Shown in pieces: positions 55,201-62,844 of a stretch of 64,000 bases of DNA (positions are counted from its first letter, which is position 1; each line of letters starts with the position of its first letter). The stretch is from positions 1 to 64,000 of the IMG/VR virus record IMGVR_UViG_3300047443_000090; one strand, written 5' to 3'. The notes under the pieces are model-generated. The model made no database searches. It saw only the letters and a program-made list of their open reading frames with translations, and was not told the origin of the DNA. Source of the DNA: a virus. Made by a program: the position numbers and the translations under genes.

Positions 55201-58200
55201 CGAAAATCTTTATGACGCTGGAAGCGTTCAAGATGATCCCGGTGCGCGACGAAACGATGGCCGCCTACGTCACCTACCTGACCGAGAACGACGACGCTTA
55301 CCTGCTGGCCGAGGAAGACGCCAACAAGAAAAAGGCCAACATCGCCGCCGATGCCAAGTCGAAGAACGTCAAGGCGACCGGCGAGAAGTCCGGCGCTATC
55401 CCGTTCTTCGAGGATATGGGCATCGACAGCTTGGTGCTGGACGAGGCGCACAATTACAAGAACAGCAAAATGACCAGCTCCCAGTTCAAGGGCGCGAAGT
55501 ATTTGGCTGACCCGAGCAAGTCGCAGCGCGGCATGGATATGCAGGCTAAGGCGTGGTACGTGCGCGGCCTGACTGCGCGCAATGACGGCGTGCTCTCCCT
55601 GACCGCTACCCCAGTCACCAATTCGCCGCTGGAAGTCTACGCCATGCTGACGCTGGCACTGGGCGAGCGCGAAGTGAATGCTATGTACGGCGTGAGCGGT
55701 GCAGACTCGTTCATGGCGGGCGCGTGCGATATCGAAGAACGCGACGAGGAAAACATCGTCGGCATCGTTCGCCCGATCCGCGTTTTCAGCGGGTTGCAGA
55801 ATGCCGGGCTGCTGCGCCGCCTGCTGCAAACCTCCGCAGTCATCAAGACCGCCGAGGACGTAAAGGCCGATGGCCTGAATATCTCTGTGCCCGACGCTGA
55901 CGAGGTTGATACTTCGGTCGATATCGGCCAAGAGTCCTTCAACAAGATCATCGCCTACAAGGAAGAATACATACTGGCGGTAGCGGCGGTGATGGCCGGT
56001 GGCGCATCCGAGGAAGACAAGTTGGCCGGTAGCCCGTTCAACCTGATCCGCAAAATGACGAAAGTCATCAACGATCCCGAGCTGGACAGTGGCGTGTTTG
56101 TGTTCAAGCACGACAAGGCGCAGGCCGACGCCGCAGCCAAGGCAATCGCCTCGTTCAACGCCAAGAACATTGTTGAGGAACGCGACTACAGCGACGACAA
56201 CGCCGACCCGGCAGACATCAAGACGCGCATCATCAAGGACGTTGAAACCGGCCAGTCCGTGACCAAGTTCCTTATCACGGTGCGCGCGCGGGCGGCCTCC
56301 AGCGGCAAGGCAATCGAGCTGCTGTCTACCGACTACGAAACGCAGGAGGCGCTGCTGAAGCTGCTGGCCGCGAACGGCATTGAGCCGGGCGTCAACATCA
56401 GCCCGAAGCTGGCCGCCGTCATCGAGAACTTCCGCGCCGAAGCTGCTACGCCCCGCTGGATGGGACAGGCCAAGCAAATCATTTTCTGCGACGAATTGAG
56501 CCTGCACCACAAGATCAAGCTGGCGCTGACGCAGGCCGTGGGCGTGGCGTCGGGCAAAATCAAGATCGTCAACGCCGTGTCGGTCGATACTGCCGGTATG
56601 CAGGACGTGCAGGACGGATTCAACGCCGATGGCGAGGAAAACAAGTACACCGTCGTCATCGCCAACAAAAAGGCGGAAGTCGGCATCAACCTGCAAAAAG
56701 GCACGCAGGCGATTCACCACATGACTATCGGCTGGACGCCTGACTCGATTCACCAGCGCAACGGGCGCGGCGTCCGTCAGGGCAACCCGGTCAGCAAGGT
56801 CAACGTCTACCACTATGACGGCGAGGGCACCTTCGACGGCTACAAGCGCAAGCTGGTGGGCATCAAGGCCGATTGGATTGGCTCGCTGATGTCGGGCGAT
56901 TCTTCTTCGATCAAGATCGAGGGCGATATGTCCAAGGAAGATTACGAAATGCTGGCGAACGCCGTGGGCGACGCTACCGCGATGACTCGTATCAGCGAGG
57001 AAATCGAGCTGCGCAATCAGCGCCAGAAGCGGGCCGCCATGAAGGTGTCCCAGCTCCAAAGCCTGCGCATCATCGAGGCGCAAACGCAATGGCTGGCGAA
57101 GTTCGGCGTGGTAGCAGGCCGAGAATCGCAGGGCTTTAATGCCTGGATCAAGAGCAAGCTGGCCGCAGCCGCTACTACCCGCAATACCATCAGCGGCTTG
57201 CGTGTCCGTCTGGATGAAACGGAAGGCCCGATTCTGGCCGCTCGCCTGCGCAAGCAGATTGCCGAGCTGGAAGCCAAGCGCGTTGAGCAGTTGGCGATGC
57301 TGGGCGGCCTCCCCGTCGATTCGTCCGGCACCCCGATTGCGCCGACGAACGACTGGAGCGGCATCAGCGATGAAATGAAGCAGACCGCCGCCTATGCGAA
57401 CTGGCAGAAGGCCGTCAACATCGCAGGGCGCATGTCTGACGAGGCCGCCGTGAGTTTCAACGCTCGCGCAAGCGATGGCTATTCTACCGATGCACTGGAA
57501 GCGTTCAAGACCGGCGACGCGGCAATCATTGCCGGTGCGCTGGCGATGGTTGGCGACTTCGTAGAGCATGAGGGCTCGCTGATGGTAGTGCGCCAGCCTG
57601 TCTACCAACGTAGCGGCACGGAGCTGGAAGGCTACGACCCGGTAGGCAAGGCAAGTACCACGCTGCTGCGCTTGACTGGCGCGAAGTTCGTCACGAAAGG
57701 CTCCCCGGCGTGGGCGGCGTCTGTGCAGCGCGCGGTGGCGCTCGATGTCGCAGCCATTGAATCGACCACTTCGGGATTCTCTGCCGGTAGCGTCTACCTG
57801 TATTCCACGTTCATTGCTGACGTGCGCGAATCCCTGCCGGTGGCGATCCCATCGCAGTCGATGTCTGCCGATAGCTTCACGTTCCGCGCGCCTGTGTTCC
57901 CGTTCCCTATCCGCGAGGACAAGAAAGGCGGCGCGATGACGGAGCAGATCAAGGCCGAGCAAGCGCCGCTGATTAAGTCGTTTGACCGCTACGGCTACAT
58001 TTCGCTGCACGACCTCCGCAGCGTTGGTGAGGCTGTGCGCGGCACGAGTGAGGCGAAGGTGATGGCTTTGCGCGTGTACGCTATCGCCCACAAAATGCGC
58101 GCAACGCCTGATGATCTGATGGAAATCGTTGGCACTGACGTGAGTGGGACGCTTGAATCGCTTGGGACATTGAACGACTTTTTCAAGGCGCTGCCGAGCG

Positions 58201-59090
58201 GCGTTGCTGGCGTGAAGTCGCCCGATGAATTGGACGCATGGGCGCTGGCGTGGATGAACGCCAATCAGGAATTGGTGCAGGTAGACGACTTGCAAGCCGC
58301 GCTGGGCTACAAGTTCAAGGGCTACCTTGCTACCGCCAACAAGATTGACGACGGCAAAGAGCGCTGGTTTAAGGTCGGCGTGGAGCAGAAATACTACTTC
58401 CACAAGCAGGCGACGGAAGCGCTGCGCGATGCTGTCTCCAATGGCCTGCTTACCGATGCCCTTATTGATGAATCGTCGTCATACACGGTGCCAACTTGGT
58501 TTGTTTCGCATAACCGTGATGCCTTTGCCGGTGTCCTGTTCACCGAAAACGGCGAGTACCGCGAGCTGAAAGTCGGCGTCGAGGAATTGCGCGCCCACAT
58601 GGGCCTCAATGCCAAAGCGCGCCTTTATGTCGAGAACATGGGCGATGCAATGTCTCTGGTGAGCTACTTTGTCGAGAGCGCATGGGCTAATCTGAAGGCT
58701 CTGGCGAAGAAGTGCAAGGCCGTGGCTGCGCTCGATGCCGCTGGCGTGGACGTGGATGGAATGCTGAAGGCTCTGAATGGCATTCCCGGTATATTATCTG
58801 CCACGCTGGGCATCAAAGACGAAATGAAGCCAGTGGATCGTTATTCGGCCAGCTATCTGTACAGGGCAAACGAATACGTCCTGCTGAAAACGGTGCGCGG
58901 TTCGGAAACGCATGAGAAAATCGCTTCGGCGGGCGCTGCTGGCCTGCAAGGGCGCACGTTCGATAATACTGCAAAAGCGTTCCGCGTGAACCTGAAGGAC
59001 AGCGAGGTATTCAGCGACGGCAAGCCGGTAGCATCGGTCGCAACACTGTTCGCGCACTTGGGCTTGAACATCAAGGACTTCACCCTGTAA
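52275..59090 (+). CDS. darB: DarB-like protein: N6-adenine methyltransferase plus SNF2/SF2 helicase
   Basis: EYYTP, VLDPSAGSG, VTNVPFG (MTase); DVGLGKT, DEAH, TATP, GINLQ, QRNGRGVRQG (SF2). Confidence 0.9.
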   Translation: MRIFDDTSPGNPLANFKLAAEFAKLKKERTAIADQTDSASRLRLLKIGVRIRAIILELGKRPAPAPAPAPTQLQGTPAADTAKYYPEEGKRTKGQRQKDNNAAIALLAKIKAGEVAVTDAEREVLAKYSGNGGGLTDANGLTGSPYEYYTPKPIAGAVWGLLEELGFKGGTVLDPSAGSGVFTAMRPAGAVMTQIELDATSGAINGAINDGPTVSTTVSPFEAVAAATPDEMYDAIVTNVPFGDLAMRGDNPEKDKRFQKSNLQEYFVLRSLQKLKPNGLAAFIVPKSIMSGLSAKESKLRLSASMMAEFVGAYRLPNSIFTTASADVTTDLIVFRKFSREAATKIAELQEQNPALLSQANVLWDEFLSGKYFAGAGRKYILGEEGTTNGKYGEVAAIINDDSIANIAKLIKRFPHSHIDWALLNATETAPIVYNDGDVIHANGQTLEFKDGQWEALDSNSAEDKTMQALGPKMQKPLDCVNNGITWEQAKKWMDYEGIKGRHISIPSWLVAVGKASDGIPQSEFQGWWEAIAAGLSVMGLMQESSSVEPYNYKDGYPVLSAQLARVQSYGNKTFGRAAKLIKDGLLSIRNARAKGAYTPFWLGEIRASQDAVALTPTQLYEKVKYEAEDESGYVTVDRLREAMPDFDPLENAEWCVSADGKSVTHANDYYSGSYADFLQNAAAELEACNDPAIRAKLVMQHDAAKERLNMVDVSSMTFNLFTPHITMLQKLEFLRAYVSPDIFMTTDANGRDVFDIKQPSLGKFASEEEAAKHKSMQRFVKGYLKNQNITTQSKATDVEDDPAKEAALVMRIKEIADKAKAQFDAWARANDEIQAGLHTRLNSPDALRFIQEPDGTPLDIPNLNVADFKPHPYQYGAVRRFSRNFGGVLGFDVGLGKTLTALAATQYCQSIGVKRKTGFVVPNATLTNWKKEAGKAYLDTSDCLFVGLVVKNGKSKIDAAQVKADLNAIRENRHAKIFMTLEAFKMIPVRDETMAAYVTYLTENDDAYLLAEEDANKKKANIAADAKSKNVKATGEKSGAIPFFEDMGIDSLVLDEAHNYKNSKMTSSQFKGAKYLADPSKSQRGMDMQAKAWYVRGLTARNDGVLSLTATPVTNSPLEVYAMLTLALGEREVNAMYGVSGADSFMAGACDIEERDEENIVGIVRPIRVFSGLQNAGLLRRLLQTSAVIKTAEDVKADGLNISVPDADEVDTSVDIGQESFNKIIAYKEEYILAVAAVMAGGASEEDKLAGSPFNLIRKMTKVINDPELDSGVFVFKHDKAQADAAAKAIASFNAKNIVEERDYSDDNADPADIKTRIIKDVETGQSVTKFLITVRARAASSGKAIELLSTDYETQEALLKLLAANGIEPGVNISPKLAAVIENFRAEAATPRWMGQAKQIIFCDELSLHHKIKLALTQAVGVASGKIKIVNAVSVDTAGMQDVQDGFNADGEENKYTVVIANKKAEVGINLQKGTQAIHHMTIGWTPDSIHQRNGRGVRQGNPVSKVNVYHYDGEGTFDGYKRKLVGIKADWIGSLMSGDSSSIKIEGDMSKEDYEMLANAVGDATAMTRISEEIELRNQRQKRAAMKVSQLQSLRIIEAQTQWLAKFGVVAGRESQGFNAWIKSKLAAAATTRNTISGLRVRLDETEGPILAARLRKQIAELEAKRVEQLAMLGGLPVDSSGTPIAPTNDWSGISDEMKQTAAYANWQKAVNIAGRMSDEAAVSFNARASDGYSTDALEAFKTGDAAIIAGALAMVGDFVEHEGSLMVVRQPVYQRSGTELEGYDPVGKASTTLLRLTGAKFVTKGSPAWAASVQRAVALDVAAIESTTSGFSAGSVYLYSTFIADVRESLPVAIPSQSMSADSFTFRAPVFPFPIREDKKGGAMTEQIKAEQAPLIKSFDRYGYISLHDLRSVGEAVRGTSEAKVMALRVYAIAHKMRATPDDLMEIVGTDVSGTLESLGTLNDFFKALPSGVAGVKSPDELDAWALAWMNANQELVQVDDLQAALGYKFKGYLATANKIDDGKERWFKVGVEQKYYFHKQATEALRDAVSNGLLTDALIDESSSYTVPTWFVSHNRDAFAGVLFTENGEYRELKVGVEELRAHMGLNAKARLYVENMGDAMSLVSYFVESAWANLKALAKKCKAVAALDAAGVDVDGMLKALNGIPGILSATLGIKDEMKPVDRYSASYLYRANEYVLLKTVRGSETHEKIASAGAAGLQGRTFDNTAKAFRVNLKDSEVFSDGKPVASVATLFAHLGLNIKDFTL

Positions 59091-59136
59091 CCAGACCGCC
59101 GCCCCTTCGCCGGGGCGGCACTGAAGGAATAAAAAT

Positions 59137-59550
59137 ATGAGCGATACCGATTACAAGATTGACCCCGAATTCCTGCGCGGCAAACTGGCCGGGCTGCAAA
59201 AGCAAGTTGGCGCGGGCAAGCCGCTGCTGCCGATTTTCGTTGAGCAGACCCGCAAGGTGCTGGCGAAAGACCAGAATAACTACCTGCGGTATGGCCCCTA
59301 CTGGTGGGCTATCAAGCGCATCCTGCGCGCGGGCGGCGTGGCCGTGGGAACCTACGACGAGCCGATGTGGGCTACCGAGTACGAAATGAAGGGCGATGAC
59401 GGCAGCGTGAGCGCTGAAATCACTTTGCTGGCCGCGTGGGAGTTCGCAGAGGACAACATGGGCCAGTTCGGCGTGCTGACGAATGAATACGAGCTGGACG
59501 GTCGCACGTTCGTTCTGTTCGACCCGGATCAGACCGGGCGCGGCAAGTAA
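59137..59550 (+). CDS. ulx: Ulx-like DarB incorporation factor
   Basis: YLRYGPYWWAIKRIL and TLLAA resemble P1 Ulx as recalled (YGPYWPEIKKLL); adjacent to darB as in P1. Confidence 0.7.
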   Translation: MSDTDYKIDPEFLRGKLAGLQKQVGAGKPLLPIFVEQTRKVLAKDQNNYLRYGPYWWAIKRILRAGGVAVGTYDEPMWATEYEMKGDDGSVSAEITLLAAWEFAEDNMGQFGVLTNEYELDGRTFVLFDPDQTGRGK

Positions 59551-59560
59551 AAGCAGGTTT

Positions 59561-59635
59561 AAGCCCGGTTCTCCGGGCTTTTTTATTGCCTGCTGCAAAA
59601 AACCGCTTGACGGCATAAACGTGAGCGCATACAGT
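59561..59635 (+). promoter_or_regulatory. Terminator plus cassette promoter copy 7
   Basis: AAGCCCGG-TTCT-CCGGGCTT plus T-run; TTGACG-N17-TACAGT. Confidence 0.85.
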
Positions 59636-59681
59636 ATCGGTTATGTGCTGCGCACCGCGCGGCAGGCAACCGGAGAATAGT

Positions 59682-59861
59682 ATGAACGCAACCATCACCA
59701 GCAAGACCATCAATGCTTCTTTCGCTAGAGCTGGAACCCGCGTCGAAGTGATCCGCAAGTGCGCCGATGACGAGTGCATCCTCCCCAACGCTTACATCGT
59801 CCGGTTTGCGAACGACATACGGATGCGCCTTCATGCGCTCGATCTGGCGATTGACGCCTAA
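59682..59861 (+). CDS. Small hypothetical protein (59 aa)
   Basis: MNATITSK..., GGAG RBS. Confidence 0.55.
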   Translation: MNATITSKTINASFARAGTRVEVIRKCADDECILPNAYIVRFANDIRMRLHALDLAIDA

Positions 59862-59937
59862 ACAACCAGTGCCCGCCCCGAGCGGGCTTTGTCAGTAGAA
59901 GGCGGCGCACTGAGCGCGGCGATAATTGGAGAGAAGC

Positions 59938-60354
59938 ATGGCATTCAAGATCACAAAAACCGACGACAAACGAATCCGCGAGGCGCTGGAAAAGCTGGCC
60001 GCCGCCCGCTCGAAGCTCGAAGATGAAGTGTTCGTATTCAACGACGCGCAGGCCAAGGCGCGCGATGCCCTGCAAGTCCACATCGACGCCCACGACGAGG
60101 CGGCGCAGGAAGTGCGCGGGCTGATCGAGGATATTCACCGCGAGGCCGACGAGGAATTCGACGGCAAATCGGAGAAGTGGCAGGAGAGCGACAAGGGCGA
60201 GGCGGCCCGCGAATGGATCGACTCCGTTGAAGCACTTGTGGGCGAGATTGAGGACGCCGACGCTAACCAGCTCCCCGGCGGTATAGAGGCGGATAGCCTG
60301 CTGCCGAGCGACCCGGTTGATGAGTACGACGCGCTAGACAAGGAACCGCAGTAA
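59938..60354 (+). CDS. Acidic coiled-coil hypothetical protein
   Basis: KSEKWQESDKGEAAREW motif. Confidence 0.7.
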   Translation: MAFKITKTDDKRIREALEKLAAARSKLEDEVFVFNDAQAKARDALQVHIDAHDEAAQEVRGLIEDIHREADEEFDGKSEKWQESDKGEAAREWIDSVEALVGEIEDADANQLPGGIEADSLLPSDPVDEYDALDKEPQ

Positions 60355-60365
60355 CCCGCCCAGTA

Positions 60366-60387
60366 GGCCCGCTTCGGCGGGCTTTTT
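60366..60387 (+). terminator. Rho-independent terminator
   Basis: GCCCGC-TTCG-GCGGGC-TTTTT. Confidence 0.85.
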
Positions 60388-60394
60388 CATTCGT

Positions 60395-60435
60395 GGAAAA
60401 CTCGCGCCAGCCGGGCGCAATGCACGCGCAACAAT
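60395..60435 (+). promoter_or_regulatory. Candidate late promoter (portal operon)
   Basis: GGAAAA-N29-AACAAT. Confidence 0.7.
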
Positions 60436-60463
60436 GATGGTTGACACATTACCGTGAGCAGCC

Positions 60464-62062
60464 ATGCTACAAGAACAATCCTCCAAAGCGCGCGGCTTTT
60501 TAGCCAAGGTGTTCGGCTCGAAGAACGTAGCCGCGAATACCATAACCGATGTCGAGCAGCAGGACGCCTTGACGGATGGCCTGTCTATTTCTACCCTGCT
60601 TGGCAGTACCAAGCGCAACGCCAGAAACCGCCAACAAATCTACATGAAGTGGCTCGATATGATCGGTGATCCGATTGTATCGACCGCATTGCGCCTGCAC
60701 GTCACGGCGGCGCTGGGCGGGCACGAAACATCGGGCGATGTCGTTTTCATCGAGAGCGCGCCGGAATTCAAGGATGACAAGGCATCGCAGAAGATTGTCG
60801 ATGAACTGCGCGCAGACCTCACCGGCATATTCAACCGCATTGCGTACACCGTCGCGTTCAACGGCGCGGGCTACGGCGACGCCTACGGGCGCGTGTACAC
60901 GGACGGCAAGAACGGCGTTGTTGATGTCTACGTGGACGAGATTGTCCATCCGTCGATGGTGACAGCCTACGAGCGCGGAAACACGACTGTGGGCTTTGTG
61001 GTCGCATCCGGGCAGAGGTTCACCGAGCGGCTGGACTTGCAACAGATGGCGCGCATGAAGATGCCGCGCATGGTCTACATTCCGCAGGTTCGCGCCTTGG
61101 AAAAGGCGATCCGCATCGCGCTCAAAGAAGATGATATCAACGCGCTCCCGATCCTCCCAGCCCTGTTCGGCGGATCGTTCCTAGACAGCGCAGAAGGCCC
61201 GTATGACGCGCTTTCGGCTGCGTTGGCTGGCTTGGTCGGCCAACGTGTTCTGGATTCGATTGACGAGTCTATGCTGACCGTCAATATGGACTCGATGACG
61301 AAGGAGCAGCGCAAGTCCTACATGGTCAATCTGAAGGCCATTTTGACCGCCTCGAAGAAGCGCGCCGAGGACGCAATCAGCAGCGGCAAGCCGGTTCTGT
61401 CGCGCGTCTATAACATCATGCCCACGTATGGCGAAAAGCAGTTGACGGCGCTTAACGGTAGCCTGACTGGCGGCGGCGGGCGCGGCCAAAGCGGCAGCAT
61501 CAGTATTGAGGACGTTCTGTTCCATGCAAAGCTGCTGTCCGGCGCAATCGGTATCGACCTCTCGATGCTGGGCTTTGCCGAGCTGCTGTCTGGTGGTCTT
61601 GGCGACGGCGGGTTCTTCCGCACGTCTGCGCAGGCCGCCGAGCGCTCGCGCCTGCTTCGCGTGGGGATGACGGAGTTTTTCAACCACATCATCAACATTC
61701 ACACCTTCAACAAATACGGCATGGTCTACAAGCCGAACGAGCGCCCGTGGATGGTCAACTTCTACGGCTCCATTTCCGCCCTTGAATCCGAACGGCAGCA
61801 CACGAAAACCGAATCCATGAATACCGGCGCGATACTGGCGCAAACGCTGGCCCAGTTGCGCGACTTGCGACTTGATGACAAGTCGCTTACCGAAATTCTG
61901 ACCAAGGTGATGCTGATGGATGAGAAGCAGGCCGAACTGATCGTCAAGGGCATGGCAAAGCCGCCGCCTGAAGATGGAGGCATGGGCGATATGGGCGGCG
62001 GCGGGCCGGGCGGCTTCGGCGGCAAGCCTGATGGCGCAGACTTTGGCGCGGGGCAGGAATGA
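60464..62062 (+). CDS. prt: Portal protein (P1 Prt-like)
   Basis: 532 aa; DPIVSTALRLHV..AL, GIDLSMLGFAELLSGGLGDGGFFRTS; near darB as in P1. Confidence 0.7.
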   Translation: MLQEQSSKARGFLAKVFGSKNVAANTITDVEQQDALTDGLSISTLLGSTKRNARNRQQIYMKWLDMIGDPIVSTALRLHVTAALGGHETSGDVVFIESAPEFKDDKASQKIVDELRADLTGIFNRIAYTVAFNGAGYGDAYGRVYTDGKNGVVDVYVDEIVHPSMVTAYERGNTTVGFVVASGQRFTERLDLQQMARMKMPRMVYIPQVRALEKAIRIALKEDDINALPILPALFGGSFLDSAEGPYDALSAALAGLVGQRVLDSIDESMLTVNMDSMTKEQRKSYMVNLKAILTASKKRAEDAISSGKPVLSRVYNIMPTYGEKQLTALNGSLTGGGGRGQSGSISIEDVLFHAKLLSGAIGIDLSMLGFAELLSGGLGDGGFFRTSAQAAERSRLLRVGMTEFFNHIINIHTFNKYGMVYKPNERPWMVNFYGSISALESERQHTKTESMNTGAILAQTLAQLRDLRLDDKSLTEILTKVMLMDEKQAELIVKGMAKPPPEDGGMGDMGGGGPGGFGGKPDGADFGAGQE

Positions 62063-62844
62063 GCCTTTTCGACACCATAGCCAGTAAGGTTAAATCCAGT
62101 GTGGAAAGCAAGCTCCCCTCCATTGGTGTTGTAGGTGCGGCGCTTGGCGGGGCCGCTATCGGCAAGTTTGTTCCGAAGAAGTTTCAGGGGGCCGCCGCCC
62201 GCGCGCTGCGCGGCGACATCAGCGGCGCTATTTCCTCTGGCATTACCGGCTTCATTGCTGGCGCGGCTGCGAAAAAACTGGGAAAGAACAAGCTGCTGGG
62301 CGGCATCACAATAGGCGAGGCTCGCCGGATAGCGAGTGAAATTCAGTCGGTCAGCTATGCCAAGAAAAACCTGTGGTATCTGGAGCTTGGCGATGGTGCG
62401 GCGGTGGATGGTTTTGAGGACATCGCACACACGTTCAACCTCTTTGCGACTGATGTCTCCTTTACCCCTTGGACTATCCAAAGCGAGGCCAAAGACATAG
62501 GCATGGGCGTGATGGACATTGTGACCGGATCGGAGCGCACTGAGCTTCGCATCACCACATACGACGATACGGTGGGCACGATAAAAAGCTGGTTTGACGC
62601 AAAGTGCGCCTCTGTCTCGCGCCCTGATGGGACGATTGGCCTGCCGGTGGAATATCTGGTGAAAATCACCATAATCCAGTCGGCTACTGACGCAATCGGC
62701 GGCGCACTTTTCGGCAGCTACAAGCAAACATTCGTTATGCGCCCAACCTCGATTGAGGTTGAGCTGTCGCGCAGCGAGGACGCCTTGCAGCAGCTCCAAA
62801 TGACTTTTTCGCAGTTCGACACATTCATGTATCAAGGACAGTAA
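62059..62844 (+). CDS. Tail tube / baseplate hub-like structural protein
   Basis: ELRITTYDD..G.IKSWF...DGTIGLPVEY; precedes the tape-measure-like gene. Confidence 0.5.
   Translation: MSLFDTIASKVKSSVESKLPSIGVVGAALGGAAIGKFVPKKFQGAAARALRGDISGAISSGITGFIAGAAAKKLGKNKLLGGITIGEARRIASEIQSVSYAKKNLWYLELGDGAAVDGFEDIAHTFNLFATDVSFTPWTIQSEAKDIGMGVMDIVTGSERTELRITTYDDTVGTIKSWFDAKCASVSRPDGTIGLPVEYLVKITIIQSATDAIGGALFGSYKQTFVMRPTSIEVELSRSEDALQQLQMTFSQFDTFMYQGQ

Noticed and set aside
53796-58403. 1535-aa minus-strand ORF
   Set aside because: Antisense shadow of darB caused by codon bias; no motifs
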